Assembly: GCA_963799715.1 (NCBI GenBank)
Contig: CAWCYS010000003.1
Span: forward strand, 12,789 to 76,788
Length of the DNA stretch: 64,000 bases
DNA from: Terriglobia bacterium
GTDB lineage: Bacteria > Acidobacteriota > Terriglobia > Acidiferrales > UBA7541
Direction of reading: 5' to 3'
The position numbers were made by a program, and so were the translations under genes. Under the pieces are notes generated by a model that saw only the letters and a program-made list of their open reading frames with translations, was not told the DNA's origin and ran no database searches. Below, piece by piece: positions 11,377-24,931 of this stretch. The stretch's first letter is position 1, and each line of letters begins with the position of its first letter.

Positions 11377-11898
11377 CTAGATGAAAAGCCCTTCGTCCTG
11401 CGGTTCGGAGGGATGGGCCGGGCTTTCCGGGCGGCGATTGCTCCGCGCCGAGCGGAAGAATTCAAGGCCGGTCTGGATTCCGCGAATCAGCGCGGAAGCG
11501 GATTGCACGGGCCCCAGAATCGTCTTGCGAAATTGCGTGCCCGCATCTTCCACGGCCTCGAGCGCGCCGGTAAGAATCTGGTCCGCGTGCACGAGTTGCA
11601 GACGCAGCCGGTCGAGCATTTCCGTGAAGGCGCGATCCATGCGCTGCGCGGAACTCCGCGCCAAGTGCGTGATCTCCGCCGCGTCGGAAACCATCGTCGA
11701 GATGCGCGGCTGCACGTCCTCGGTAAGAATCTGGATGCGGGAAAGAATCGGATTTACTTTGCTCTGTAAGTCGGTGGCGATCGCCTCCAGCTTGCGCGTC
11801 GCCTGACGCATCTGGAAGTACATCGCCGCGAGGATGGAGGCCTGCAGAAGCACCGCCAATCCCGTAATCGCAACAAATGCCGCTAGCCACCCGTTCAT
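11377..11898 (-). CDS. hypothetical membrane-anchored coiled-coil protein (DUF948-like)
   Basis: Intact 173-aa ORF. It has an N-terminal TM helix (MNGWLAAFVAITGLAVLLQASILAAMYF), then long helical segments. It sits upstream of and is co-oriented with a YtxH-like gene. Confidence 0.5.
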   Translation of the reverse strand: MNGWLAAFVAITGLAVLLQASILAAMYFQMRQATRKLEAIATDLQSKVNPILSRIQILTEDVQPRISTMVSDAAEITHLARSSAQRMDRAFTEMLDRLRLQLVHADQILTGALEAVEDAGTQFRKTILGPVQSASALIRGIQTGLEFFRSARSNRRPESPAHPSEPQDEGLFI

Positions 11899-11932
11899 CG
11901 CTCGCCCTTCCTCGGACCGCGAATCTTAACGG

Positions 11933-12226
11933 CTACTGCGCTTTGCCTTTTTCACGCGCGTACGCTTCGCGGCCGGCGTCCACAGCAGCCGAAATGGAAT
12001 CCTTCTGTTTCTGCGCCACTTGCTTGCCGCGCTCCACGAGGTCCTCCGCGCGTTCGCGGAGTTCCCGGGCCTTGCGCTGCGCGTATTCGCGACCTTCTTC
12101 GGCCTTTTGCGTCAAGAATTCGCGCGTCTCTTCACCGGACTTCGGCGCAAAGAGAATTCCGATGAGGGCGCCGACGCCCATGCCAACGAGGAAAAATGTG
12201 ATTTTGGAACCTACGTGGTCACTCAT
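11933..12226 (-). CDS. YtxH domain-containing protein
   Basis: Intact 97-aa ORF. FFLVGMGVGALIGILFAPKSGEETREFL followed by a charged helical tail is the YtxH signature. Confidence 0.75.
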   Translation of the reverse strand: MSDHVGSKITFFLVGMGVGALIGILFAPKSGEETREFLTQKAEEGREYAQRKARELRERAEDLVERGKQVAQKQKDSISAAVDAGREAYAREKGKAQ

Positions 12227-12325
12227 GGATGAATCTCCTGTTCAAACCGTAGCACAGCGACCCTGCCGTTGCAAGAAATGTGGTCGCGGCGCGAGCCACC
12301 GCGGCCGCGAATGTCAATTGCGGTC

Positions 12326-14152
12326 TCACGACGGCGCCGGATTCCGGAAATGCTCGATCACGCGCGCCGCTTGCGCGCTGGAGATGACGCTTGCCAGCTC
12401 TTCCTGGCTTGCTTTCTGCACCCGGGCGACGCTGCCGAATTTGCGCAGCAGCTTGCGCGCGGTGGCGGCGCCAACGCCCGGAATCTCCTGGAGCTCTGAA
12501 TGCAATGTGCGTCGCGCGCGGCGCTGCCGGTGAAAGCCCACGGCGAAGCGATGCGTTTCGTCGCGAATTTCCTGGATCAAATGCAGGATCGGTGAGTGAC
12601 GCTCGAGGCGCACCGGATCGTCTTCGCGATCCAGAACGTAGATAATCTCTTCCTGCTTCGCGATGGCCGCCACCGGCTGATTGATGATTTGCAGCTCGTC
12701 CAGCGCCGCCCCGGCTGCGTGCAATTGGCCGAGTCCGCCGTCAATCAAAATCAGGCTGGGCAGCGGCTTATGTTCCTCCTGCAATCGCCGGTAGCGCCGC
12801 CCCACCGCTTCGCGCATCGAGGCGAAATCGTCGTTTCCCCACTCCCCGCGAATGATGAACTTGCGATAGTCGGATTTTTTCAGCCGGCCTTCCTCCCAGA
12901 CCACCATTGAGGCGACCGTATCCGAGCCTTGAATATGAGAGATGTCGAAGCTCTCGATGCGCCGCGGCGGCTCGGCGAGTCCCAGCGATTGCTCGAACGC
13001 TTCGGCGACGGCCTTCGGATCCGGTTTGCGGACGCGAAAACGCTGCTCGAAGGAGTGCTGCGCATTCTTCTCGACGAGTTCGAGAAACGCGTGTTTTGGC
13101 CCGCGTTGCGGCACGACGATCTCCACGCGAGAGCGCGGCGGGTCGAGACGTCCGGCGCGCTCGGTCAGTATTTCTTCGAGCAGCGCGCGCTCCGGGAAAT
13201 CCGTCGGCACGTGGATATAGCGTGGGAGATAGGCGGAATCGAGATAGAGTTGCTTCAACAACGAAGTCAGAAATTCCGGCGCGTGAAACTCCTCCATGTC
13301 CTCCCAGTAAAAATCGCGCCGGTCCAGGACGCGTCCGCCGCGGATGTGGAAGAGATTCACCGCGACGTTTGGCGGCTCCGCGTGCCAGGCGATCGCGTCC
13401 GTATCGTCGCCCGCGGCGGCGACGATTTTTTGCCGCTCCTCGATCTCTTCGAGCGTCCGCAGGAGGTCGCGATAACTCGCGGCCTGCTCGTAGCGTTCTT
13501 CGCGCGACGCGTCCTCCATGCGCTGCTCGAGGCTTTTGATTAGATCGTGCCGGCGGCCTTCGAGAAGAAGCCGCGTGTCGCGGGCGGCTTCGGCGTAGCG
13601 CTCGTCGCTGACGAGTCCCGGCACGCACGGCCCGTGGCAGCGGTGAATGTAATACTGGAGGCAGGGTCGCGGGTGCGCGCGCGTCAAGTCCACCGTGCAC
13701 GACGGCACGCGAAAGCGCTTGTGAATGAAGTGCACGATGCGATTTGCGAGGCTGTGCGGGAAGTACGGGCCGAAATAGATCGAGCCGTCTTTGACGAGCC
13801 GCCGCGTCACGTACACGCGAGGGAACTTCTCGAATGCCGTGTAGCGAATGTACGGATAGGTCTTGTCGTCGCGCAGCAGCACATTGAACTTCGGCTTGTG
13901 CTGCTTGATGAGCACGTTCTCGAGCGCCAGTGCCTCGCGCTCGTTGTCCACGACGATGAATTCGAGGTCGACGATCTCGCGCACCAGCGAGCCCGTCTTT
14001 GAGTTGGCCCAGTTGGATTCGAGAAAATAGGATTTGACGCGGCTGCGCAGCGAACCGGATTCGCCGACGTAGAGAATATTGCCGAGCGCGTCCTTGAAGA
14101 GGTAAACGCCCGGCTCAGCCGGCAGACTCGAAACTTTTTCGGCGAGGTCCAT
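12326..14152 (-). CDS. uvrC: excinuclease ABC subunit C
   Basis: Intact ORF 12326..14194. Start placed at the internal ATG 14152 (MDLAEKVSSLPAEPGVYLFKDALGNILYVGESGSLRSRVKSYF, the GIY-YIG N-terminus). It also has a UVR domain, a RNase H-like endonuclease domain, and a C-terminal (HhH)2 (IPGVGAATARKLLRKFGSVARV). Confidence 0.93.
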   Translation of the reverse strand: MDLAEKVSSLPAEPGVYLFKDALGNILYVGESGSLRSRVKSYFLESNWANSKTGSLVREIVDLEFIVVDNEREALALENVLIKQHKPKFNVLLRDDKTYPYIRYTAFEKFPRVYVTRRLVKDGSIYFGPYFPHSLANRIVHFIHKRFRVPSCTVDLTRAHPRPCLQYYIHRCHGPCVPGLVSDERYAEAARDTRLLLEGRRHDLIKSLEQRMEDASREERYEQAASYRDLLRTLEEIEERQKIVAAAGDDTDAIAWHAEPPNVAVNLFHIRGGRVLDRRDFYWEDMEEFHAPEFLTSLLKQLYLDSAYLPRYIHVPTDFPERALLEEILTERAGRLDPPRSRVEIVVPQRGPKHAFLELVEKNAQHSFEQRFRVRKPDPKAVAEAFEQSLGLAEPPRRIESFDISHIQGSDTVASMVVWEEGRLKKSDYRKFIIRGEWGNDDFASMREAVGRRYRRLQEEHKPLPSLILIDGGLGQLHAAGAALDELQIINQPVAAIAKQEEIIYVLDREDDPVRLERHSPILHLIQEIRDETHRFAVGFHRQRRARRTLHSELQEIPGVGAATARKLLRKFGSVARVQKASQEELASVISSAQAARVIEHFRNPAPS

Positions 14153-14232
14153 CGCGAGGTAAACTTGCCGGCGCAGCCGTGCGCGCTGCGGCAACCTTCA
14201 TGATAGCAAAGCGAATCCAATCCTATGTAGAG

Positions 14233-14688
14233 ATGCTTCGCCGGACGACTTTCCTCCTCGCATTCCTGGCATTCAGTCTGCCCGCCGTGGGGCAACAGAT
14301 GTCGCCCGCCTCCGGCCCGCCGCCTCCGCCGCCACCCGAGCAACCGTCGGTGCCCCCACCGAGTCCGGCGGACGCGCCGCCGGTGCCGGTGTTCGATCCC
14401 TACAACGCGCAAAAGAGCATTCAAGTGGGGAAGTTCTATATGGACAAAGGCGACTACGATGCGGCCATCAACCGTTTCCAGGACGCGACGCAATACCAGC
14501 CGAAGCTAGCGTTGCCGTGGGAACTGCTCGGCGAGGCTTGGGAAAAGGAGCACAATAAAGAGAAGGCCATCGCCGCGTACCAAAAATATCTGGAGCTTCT
14601 CCCGCACGGTGGCGACTCGGACAAGATCCGCAAACGCCTGGCGAAATTGCAGCAGGATGTGAAGCAGGAAGCGCCCAAGAACGAATGA
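14233..14688 (+). CDS. secreted TPR-repeat protein
   Basis: ORF 14179..14688. Start placed at ATG 14233 (MLRRTTFLLAFLAFSLPAVGQQ, a signal peptide). A proline-rich linker follows, then TPR-like helices (GKFYMDKGDYDAAINRFQDATQYQP..AIAAYQKYLELLP). Confidence 0.6.
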   Translation: MLRRTTFLLAFLAFSLPAVGQQMSPASGPPPPPPPEQPSVPPPSPADAPPVPVFDPYNAQKSIQVGKFYMDKGDYDAAINRFQDATQYQPKLALPWELLGEAWEKEHNKEKAIAAYQKYLELLPHGGDSDKIRKRLAKLQQDVKQEAPKNE

Positions 14689-14755
14689 CGCCGGGAACAA
14701 TAATCGCGAAATTCTCGCCACCGATAAGACCCCAATCAATGCACGAGTCGTTGGT

Positions 14756-16333
14756 GTGGCGATGGCCGAAGATGTTGTCAACGCCGACACGCCGCCCATG
14801 TCCCGCGCGATGAGCGCTTTATACCTTTGGCCACGAAACATACAATCGCGAGAAGTGCGCGCAGCAGACTCGCCCTCGCATTGGGCACGCTACGGAGTTG
14901 CGGCCCTTACCGCACTCGCCGCCGCGTTGCGTCTCCACGCTCTCGCCGCAAAAACCTTTTGGCACGATGAAGGCTTCAGCGCCGAAATCGCGCGGCTCGA
15001 TTTCGCCGGTTTCGCACACTTGCTGTGGGCCCGCGAAGCGAACATGACGTTGTACTACCTCGCGCTGCGCGCCTGGATGCATTTCGGCGCAAGTGAAGCC
15101 TGGGTGCGGGGCCTTTCGGTGCTTTTCGGCGTGGCGGCGATTCCGTTGTTCTACGCGCTGGGCGCCGCGATCGCGTCGAGGCGCGCTGGCCTCATCGCGG
15201 CGACGCTGGGTGCTGTAAACGCCTGTTGCGTCGCTTATTCCCAACAAGCGCGCGGCTACTCGCTCGTGATGTTTCTCGTTTCCCTCAGCATGTTGCTCCT
15301 CGTGAAGCACGTTCAATCAGGTGGAGCGCGCTACGGCTTACTGTGGGCCGTTGCGAGCGCACTGGCCGTTTATACCCACTTTTATGCGGTGTTGGTTATC
15401 GCCGCGCAATGTGTGTCGCTGGCGCTCGTCCGCCCTGTCGAATGTTCTTTTCGCACATGGCTGCGCGCATTTCGCGCACTGCTGTACATGCTGCTGCCCG
15501 CAATTGCGTTCGTGGTGCTTCACGGAGCTGGGGCATTCAACTGGCTTCAGCGTCCCGCGGCGTCGTACGTCCTTTATTTCTTCACGGTGTTTTCTGGAAA
15601 CGATGGCCTCGGCCTGCTGGCCGCGTACGCAGTTGCCTGCGTGCTTGCCGCTTGGGCCGCATGGCGCGTCTGGCGCGCAAAAGGACGTTCCATCGAATCT
15701 TGGCAGCACGCGGCGATGTGGTTGTGGTTTCTATTCCCGATTTGCGGATGCCTCGTGCTATCGATCTGGAAGCCGGCTTTCTTCATCCGCTATCTGTTAG
15801 TGAGCCTTCCTGCCCTGATCATTCTTGCCGCCGTTGGTTTGGAGCAGTTGCGGCGCAGCGTTCTGGTCCTTGCGGCGCTGCTCGTGGTCTGCGGGATGTC
15901 CCTGCAAGGTGTGCGTTCGTATTATCTGCGCGACTTCGATTTGTATCGCGACGATTGGCGCGACGCCGCGCGCGTCCTGTTACACGATGCGCAGCCAGGA
16001 GACGCCGCGCTGATCTACGTTTCCACCGGCCGCATGACCTACGAATACTACCGCTCGCTCGACGCCCGGGGTCTCGGTCCGGTCGTCGTATATCCGGCGC
16101 ACCAGCCGGGCCGCCTCGAGTATCGTGATTTCCTCGTCGAACCGCTGGGCGAATCGCTGGAAGGTCTTCATCTCGACGCGCCCCGCGTCTGGCTGGTGCT
16201 CGATCTCACCGAAACGCCAACCGGCCCGGATCGCACCAGCGTCCTCCTGCGGAATTGGTGCGAGGCCGGCCATCCGCACCTGCTAAGCGATCAGAAATTC
16301 CCGGGGATCGAACTGCTGCTGCTCGGCAGGTGA
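14756..16333 (+). CDS. membrane glycosyltransferase (GT39 / PMT_2-like)
   Basis: Intact 525-aa ORF. The start could be GTG 14756 or ATG 14762. It has FWHDEGFSAEIARL.., about 10 predicted TM helices, and a soluble C-terminal domain. This layout fits the dolichyl-phosphate-mannose-type (ArnT-like) transferase family. Confidence 0.6.
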   Translation: MAMAEDVVNADTPPMSRAMSALYLWPRNIQSREVRAADSPSHWARYGVAALTALAAALRLHALAAKTFWHDEGFSAEIARLDFAGFAHLLWAREANMTLYYLALRAWMHFGASEAWVRGLSVLFGVAAIPLFYALGAAIASRRAGLIAATLGAVNACCVAYSQQARGYSLVMFLVSLSMLLLVKHVQSGGARYGLLWAVASALAVYTHFYAVLVIAAQCVSLALVRPVECSFRTWLRAFRALLYMLLPAIAFVVLHGAGAFNWLQRPAASYVLYFFTVFSGNDGLGLLAAYAVACVLAAWAAWRVWRAKGRSIESWQHAAMWLWFLFPICGCLVLSIWKPAFFIRYLLVSLPALIILAAVGLEQLRRSVLVLAALLVVCGMSLQGVRSYYLRDFDLYRDDWRDAARVLLHDAQPGDAALIYVSTGRMTYEYYRSLDARGLGPVVVYPAHQPGRLEYRDFLVEPLGESLEGLHLDAPRVWLVLDLTETPTGPDRTSVLLRNWCEAGHPHLLSDQKFPGIELLLLGR

Positions 16334-16343
16334 AGCGCGCAGG

Positions 16344-17084
16344 CTAGCGCAGCCGCTCGAGATACTTGCGCGCCTTGTCGTAGTGCGCGAAGCGTTTTTC
16401 TTCGCGCCGGAATTCCGCGGAGTGAATTTCCAGGCCGCAGCGCGCCACGCGCAAAGGATGCTTCACGTGCAGCATCTCGTGAAACAGAATGGATTCCACG
16501 ACGTAGCGCGGCGTCTCCGGCCGGTCCAGCCGGACGTTCATGACAATCAAATCGAGGCCCGGATCGAAGCATCCGAGCTGCCGCCGCCACGGGCGATCGC
16601 TCCACGCGAGACGCGGCGTGTGCAGCGCGCCGTCGAAGTAACGCGCGTTGAGCGCGGCGAACATCGGCTGGAGATCGTGCGCGGAGCCGCGCGCGTGCCG
16701 CGTTTTGCGGCGCGTCTCGCCCGGGCGCATGCGTTCGATTTTTTTCTGCGTGGCGGAAGAGGCGCTGAATTCGCGATAGCAATGCATCAGCTCGCGGGGA
16801 ACGCGTCGCCGGTACAGCCGCCCGAGCAGGACCGCCGCGGCCGCTTCCAGCACCGGCAGTGACGCCTTCCGCAGCACGTCCGAAATGCGCACGCGCGCGA
16901 CTTCTTCGCGCAGTAGAATGGTGTGCGAAAGATTCGCGTACGGGTAAAACTCAACAACGAATTGCGGCGGCCGCCCTGTGCAGCCCAGCCGCGTGAACAT
17001 CGCGCTGAAACGCGAGCGACCCGCCGGGCACGGTTGGATTTCGCGCGGAGACGGTGGCGCCCTCGCCGTTCGGGCCATCCTCAC
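16344..17084 (-). CDS. SprT-like / DUF45-type zinc metallopeptidase (HExxH)
   Basis: Intact 246-aa ORF. The C-terminal region VVESILFHEMLHVKHPLRVARCGLEIHSAEFRREEKRFAHYDKARKYLERL carries HEMLH plus a downstream His. The alternative start ATG 17000 (MFTRLG..) is possible. Start 17084 overlaps the upstream stop. Confidence 0.6.
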   Translation of the reverse strand: MRMARTARAPPSPREIQPCPAGRSRFSAMFTRLGCTGRPPQFVVEFYPYANLSHTILLREEVARVRISDVLRKASLPVLEAAAAVLLGRLYRRRVPRELMHCYREFSASSATQKKIERMRPGETRRKTRHARGSAHDLQPMFAALNARYFDGALHTPRLAWSDRPWRRQLGCFDPGLDLIVMNVRLDRPETPRYVVESILFHEMLHVKHPLRVARCGLEIHSAEFRREEKRFAHYDKARKYLERLR

Positions 17085-17632
17085 GGTCCTCGCCGCACGG
17101 GAGGCGGCTGAATTTCCTTGAGCGCTTTGTCGGCGTCGGATTGAGCGTCCTGCGTGGCTTCGACGGCGTCGTCGAGATTGTCTTTATACTCGTCGCGGCT
17201 CGGCCCTGAGGTTCGAAGCTGCTGCAGGTAGGTGAGGTATTCTTTGGTGTGCAGCTGCAAGTCCTGGAGGGCTTCGTGAATTTCCTGCTGTTTTTCGATG
17301 GCGATGTCGATTAGGTCGGAGGCATCGTCCATGACAACCGGAATATTCGTTGAGCGTGGTCGTTGACGCGCTCCAGCTGCCGGTGATCCTGCGGATCGAG
17401 GTGTCCGATTTCGTACTGAATTCGCTTGACGCGGTCGCCCGCGAACGAGACGAACAGTTTGATTTTGGCCGCGGGTGTGTAGGCATCTCGGATCTTGTCG
17501 GCTTCAGAGTCGCTCAGATAGTCTTTTTTCTGCGGCGAAGGACGCGCGGCCGCGCATCCGGCCAACGCGCCAATCAAACACGCGGCCAATACCGTCGCGA
17601 CGCCATCGTCTTGGTTTGCTTGTGCGCGTCAT
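17081..17632 (-). CDS. hypothetical lipoprotein, helical; frame-interrupted
   Basis: GGGAGG lies just upstream of ATG 17632 (MTRTSKPRR). After one frame change this continues ..VATVLAACLIGALAGC (lipobox) into ORF 17311..17589, and after another change near 17340 into ORF 17081..17332 (..VVMDDASDLIDIAIEKQQEIHEALQDLQ..). I recognise no family. Confidence 0.45.
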
Positions 17633-17699
17633 TGGGGACCTCCCGGCGAAGGATTTCGTTTCGGGTTCTTTCCCAGCTTCTCCGGGAAGAGCGCGTCGA

Positions 17700-18146
17700 T
17701 CAGAAGTATTTTGCGAATCTTGCAGGTCGGTGCGAACGGCGCGAAACCAGGGCCGCTTGTCCACTTCCAGGCGCTCGATGATGGCGTCCGTCTCCCTCAG
17801 GGCTTCGCGCAGCGCGATTTGTAGATTCTTGAATCCATCGGGATGGCTTTCCGCTTTCGGGGCGAGCGGTTGCAAGGCGGCAATCGTCGCGCCCACCTCG
17901 TCGCGAAAGTTTTCGAGTTCCTGCAATGCTCCTACTTCGTCTCCGCCGGACAATTTCTGGCGCACGGCCGCGAACTGATCCGGGCTCGAGCTTCGCCAAA
18001 TCGTTCGCCTTGCGAACCGGGTCGGTCTCGTGGTCGTAAAGCGGCCTGCAATTGCGCGAAGCGGTCGGGCCCGCAGAAACCCGCGGAACCGGCCACAGGC
18101 TCGCCAGCGCCAGGGTGAGCGTCGCGGCTCGCGCGAAGACTCTCAT
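17700..18146 (-). CDS. hypothetical secreted helical protein; frame-interrupted
   Basis: ATG 18146 gives MRVFARAATLTLALASLWPVPRVSAG (a signal peptide, in ORF 17700..18374). After a frame change it continues in ORF 17504..17965 (..QKLSGGDEVGALQELENFRDEVGATIAALQPL..). It probably returns to the first frame and ends ..FAKYF* at 17700. Confidence 0.4.
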   Translation of the reverse strand: MRVFARAATLTLALASLWPVPRVSAGPTASRNCRPLYDHETDPVRKANDLAKLEPGSVRGRAPEIVRRRRSRSIAGTRKLSRRGGRDDCRLATARPESGKPSRWIQESTNRAARSPEGDGRHHRAPGSGQAALVSRRSHRPARFAKYF

Positions 18147-18147
18147 C

Positions 18148-19480
18148 CTAGTGTCTCTTCTGAAGCTGGCGCTGCAAGGCGAGGACGCGTTGCTGAGCTT
18201 GAAAGTCCTGCGTGTCATGATGGCCCTGGTCCAGATCAAGAAATTTCTGATAGGCGGCCACGGCGTTCGCTTTCTGGTCCAGTGAATCGTAGCAAGAGGC
18301 GCGCACAAACCACGCGCCGGGTTTGAGCGGCTCGCGTTGCGAGAGCAGGTCGAGAGCTTGAAGCGTGGCGTCATAATTCTTGCCGAAATAAAGGGCGTCC
18401 ACCAAATCCTGCAACGGATCGACCTTTGCAGGCTCCAATTGCAGGGCCTTGTTAAGATTGTCTACCGAATCCGGGTAATCGTGCAATTCCAATTGGCAAC
18501 GCCCGAGCCACGCGTAAAGTTCGGCGTCGCCGGGCGAAACGGGAATCGCAGCCTCGAGAATGGCGCTGGCGTCCTTCCAGCGGCTCTGCTGCATATAGAT
18601 GCCGCCGCGAATCTTTCGGCTGTCCGGCGTGGGAGGCGCCGCAGCCTCGGCGCGGTCCAGTTCCGCCAGGGCCGCATCGAACTGATTGACCTGCATCAAG
18701 TCGTAGGCGCGCGCGATGCGTCGCGCCGCGTCGTCGGGGCGCAGCTTCAGATAGGCGTCGAGCGCGTCCGCGGCCGCCTGATATTTCTGTTGGGTCTCGC
18801 AGCGATTGTGCCAACCCGAGCGCAGCCGGCGCGTCGCCGGGATTAATCTCCGTCGCCCGGCGAAATTCGGTCTCCGCCTCGGGCGCTCGTTTCAGCGCTA
18901 AAAGTGTGCGAGCAAGCGCGAGATGAATATCGAAATCCTTGGGTGAGATCACGAGCGCGGCTTTGAATTGCGCAACGGCCTCTTCGCGTTTCCCGGCTCT
19001 TTCGAGCGCCAGGCCGTATAGGAATCGCGGCCGGCTCTGCGTCGGCTGCAAACTCGCCGCCTGGCGAAACGCATCCGCCGCCGCGAACGGATTGCTCTCC
19101 ATCAGCACGATCCCCAGATTCAAGTACGCCTCGGCCATGTGCGGATCAAGCGTGATCGTGCGTTCGTACTCCGCCTGCGCGTCATCCCAGCGCTGCAGTT
19201 CGGAGTAGGCGTAGCCCAATTGAAAATGGGCGTACGCGTAGTCGGGCCGCTGCGCGATGTATTTTTGCAGCGGGTCGATCGCGTCGGTGTAATTGCCTTT
19301 GTCGATCGCGTCTTGCGCCTGCTGGAGCAGCGGCGCCAGCGGATCGGTTTGCGCGGGTTTGGGTTTCGGCGCAGGGGATCTTCTGCGCGGGAGGAGGCTG
19401 CGTCTGGGCGGCGGCATGCCGCGGGACACAAGTCCCAATGCCAGAAAGAGAAGGGAAGCGGCCGCCGTGCAGAATTCGCT

Positions 19481-19484
<4 letters not shown>
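18148..19484 (-). CDS. secreted TPR-repeat protein; frame-interrupted
   Basis: ATG 19484 (MKRILH..) overlaps the uvrA stop (ATGA). Fragments are 18452..19438 ([64 protein letters not shown]..) and 18148..18699 (..[41 protein letters not shown]..). These are multiple TPR units. Frame changes are near 19450 and 18700-18850. Confidence 0.7.
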
Positions 19485-22429
<2,945 letters not shown>

Positions 22430-22461
22430 TTCCGGTTCGGACGCCGGCCCAGCCTGCCCCT

Positions 22462-22575
22462 TCGGTTTCGCCGGAATCGGTTTGGCTTCGCCCACGCAGG
22501 TGCGCTCCTACAGGCGCGTTCAGCGCGCAGTGCCTAAACCTCGAATTATACTTCGCCGCGCCGCCCGCGACAAAC
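22462..22575. repeat. ~114-bp direct repeat, copy 1 (uvrA promoter/leader region)
   Basis: A hand alignment to 24932..25044 gives about 15 mismatches and 1 gap over 114 nt. There is a perfectly conserved 22-nt core tgcgctcctacaggcgcgttca, and conserved blocks tcggtttcgccggaa, gcctaaacctcgaatta and gcgccgcccgcgacaaac. Confidence 0.85.
22545..22573 (-). promoter_or_regulatory. putative sigma70-type promoter of uvrA (TTGTCG-N17-TATAAT on the minus strand)
   Basis: The reverse complement of 22568-22573 is TTGTCG. A 17-nt spacer covers 22551-22567. The reverse complement of 22545-22550 is TATAAT. It points toward uvrA (ATG 22429) and lies inside repeat copy 1. Confidence 0.5.
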
Positions 22576-22657
22576 CCCTCGCGCGCAGGCTGAAATTCTG
22601 TGGCGTTCCGCGCCGTAGGAGTAACATGGCGTCGGTCGCGAAAGTCAGGAGATGTGC

Positions 22658-23614
22658 ATGGTGTCTGAGCCAGCCGGTGCGATTTCATCTTCGTTGCTGC
22701 CTCTGCAGATTGAATCGCTGGTCAAGCGCTTCGACCAGGTGACTGCCGTTGATGGCATCTCGCTCGAATTGCGCAGTGGCGAATGCCTGGGATTGCTCGG
22801 GCCAAACGGAGCGGGCAAGAGCACGTTGATCCGCGCCATTGTTGGCCGAGTGAGTTCCGGATGCAGGCCGGGTCGCAGTCTTCGGCTCTCCGGCCGGTTC
22901 AAACTCGGCCCGCGAGGCGCTGGGATGGGTGCCGCAAGAACTGGCCCTCTATCCGCGGCTCACGTGCAAGGAAAATCTGGAATCTTTCGGGCGATACCAC
23001 GGACTGGCCGGGACCGGGCTGCAGCAAGCCGTCGCATGGTGCCTCGACTGGTCGTCGCTTCAGGACCGGGCCGGAGATCTGGCCAAGAATCTCTCCGGCG
23101 GGATGAGGCGGCGCCTGAACATGGCAGCCGGGATGATTCACCGTGCCCAAGCTGGTGCTGATGGATGAGCCGACAGTGGGGGTGGACCCACAGTCGCGCA
23201 ATCGCATTTTTGAGATGATCGAAGACGCTGCATAGCGAAGGGACCGCGATCATCTACACCACGCACTATATGGAAGAAGCGGAGCGGCTGTGCGATCGCA
23301 TCGCCATCGTTGACCACGGGCGCATCATCGCCTTGGGCACGAACGAAGAGCTGGTCCAGAACGCTTTCGCCTCGCGCAGCCAGGTGTTGGCGCGCTTCGC
23401 GGGTCCCGCTGACGGCCTCGCTGCGTGGGTCGGGCAGCGCGGCGGGCGTTTGGTCGACTCCACCGCAGAGTTCTCCGTCGAACGTCCTACGGAAATTGCC
23501 GGCTTGCTCGACGAGGCAGCCAGGGCGGGCCTCGACGTGGTTGACGTGTCGCTGCGCCGTCCGAACCTGGAGTCCGTGTTCCTGCACTTGACGGGAAGGG
23601 AGTTGCGCGAATGA
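22658..23614 (+). CDS. ABC transporter ATP-binding protein (ABC-2 / DrrA-CcmA-like exporter subunit), frame-interrupted
   Basis: AGGAG at 22647-22651 lies 6 nt before ATG 22658. Fragments are 22652..23161 ([48 protein letters not shown]), 22929..23168 ([17 protein letters not shown]) and 23270..23614 ([28 protein letters not shown]..). There are at least three frame changes between 22860 and 23240. Confidence 0.85.
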
Positions 23615-24910
23615 TCGTCCCCATCATACGCACCGCCATGGTTTCCCTGCGCCGCGATCGAGCCGCGCTCGCGTTGAGTTTCATCCTGCCGATCACCTTC
23701 TTCAGCATTTTTGCCGTTATCTTCGGCGGGCGCCGGGATACCGTGCCGAAAGTCACAGTCATCGTGGTGGACGAAGACCAGAGCCAGGTATCGCAACAAT
23801 TGGTAAGGGGCCTGGAACGGGAAGGTTCGCTGGTCATCAGAACGAGACCCGCGTCCAACGGAGGCGCACAATCACCGGAGTACACGGCCGCAACCGCAGA
23901 GGCAGCGGTGAAGGCGGGCGATGTACCGGTCGCGCTCATCGTCCCGCGTGGTTTCGGCGAGAATCCAATTTCTTTCCGCGGCGACCAAAACGGTCCGGCG
24001 ATTCAGCTGCTTAACGACAGCAGCGACCCAGTGGCGCCGCAGATGGTCGCGGGGCTTCTGCAAAAGGTCGCCATGACTTCCATGCCGGACGTCATGGCGG
24101 AGCAGGGATCAAAGTACGCGGATCAATTCGTCGGAGGATTCACGCCGGAACAACGTACAGCGGATGGATGCCAGTCTTGAACGGCTGCGTCAGCGCGAGA
24201 GTGAGAACGCGGGAACCAGTACCGGAGAAGACGCCGCCCACGACGCGCCCAGCGGCGGCGGGATCGTTGCGGTCAAGGCCCGAGCCGTGGTCGGAGAAAA
24301 CAAGAACAATCCGATGGTGTCTTTCTATGCCGCCGCGATCGGCGTGATGTTCCTGCTCTTCACAGCGAGCGGCGCTTCGGGGTCGCTACTGGATGAAGCC
24401 GACAGCGGCACGTTGGAGCGCGTGCTCAGTTCGCGTGTAACCATGACCTCGCTGTTGGCAGGCAAACTGGCGTTCAACACCATGCTGGCGTTCTCACAAC
24501 TGGTGGTGATGTTCGTCTGGGCCTGGGCTGTCTTCAAGCTCGATTTCTTCAATCATGTCCCCGGTTTTGTCGTCATGGGCGTGAGCACCGCTTTTGCAGT
24601 CGGCGCTTTTGGCATGTTGCTGGCCAGCATCTGCCGCACGCGGGCGCAACTGGGCGCACTCTCGACGCTGACGATTCTGATCATGTCTTCCGTCGGCGGC
24701 AGCATGTTTCCTCGTTTTCTTATGCCACCCGGGATGCAGAAGGCCGGATTGCTCACGATCAACGCTTGGGCCATCGATGGTTTCACGAAAGTGTTTTGGC
24801 GGGATGAGCCGGTGTCGCACCTTTGGCCGCAGGTCTCGGTGCTTCTCGCGACGGGCATTGTGCTGTTCGCGATCGCCCGCAAAATCGCGCGGCGCTGGGA
24901 ATACGCGTGA
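23611..24910 (+). CDS. ABC-2 type transporter permease, one frame break
   Basis: ORF 23611..24180 gives [39 protein letters not shown] plus a large extracytoplasmic loop. ORF 24164..24910 gives five further TM segments (..SGTLERVLSSRVTMTSLLAGKL..). The frame changes near 24160. The start overlaps the ATPase stop (ATGA). Confidence 0.8.
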
Positions 24911-24931
24911 GCGATCCAGGCCGCCACTTCG

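Noticed and set aside
14241-14261. The reverse complement contains GAGGAGGAAAGTCG, which resembles the conserved GAGGAAAGUCC core of RNase P RNA.
   Set aside because: It lies inside the signal-peptide coding region of the TPR gene (MLRRTTFLLAFLA). The surrounding sequence shows none of the other RNase P conserved regions or helices.
22430-22495. N-terminal extension of uvrA from GTG 22495 (MGEAKPIPAKPKGQAGPASEPE).
   Set aside because: UvrA proteins normally begin right at the ..I.VRGAR.HNLKN.. segment, which here starts at ATG 22429. The extension coincides with the 114-bp repeat/leader, which recurs at 24932 where there is no uvrA. It cannot be fully excluded.
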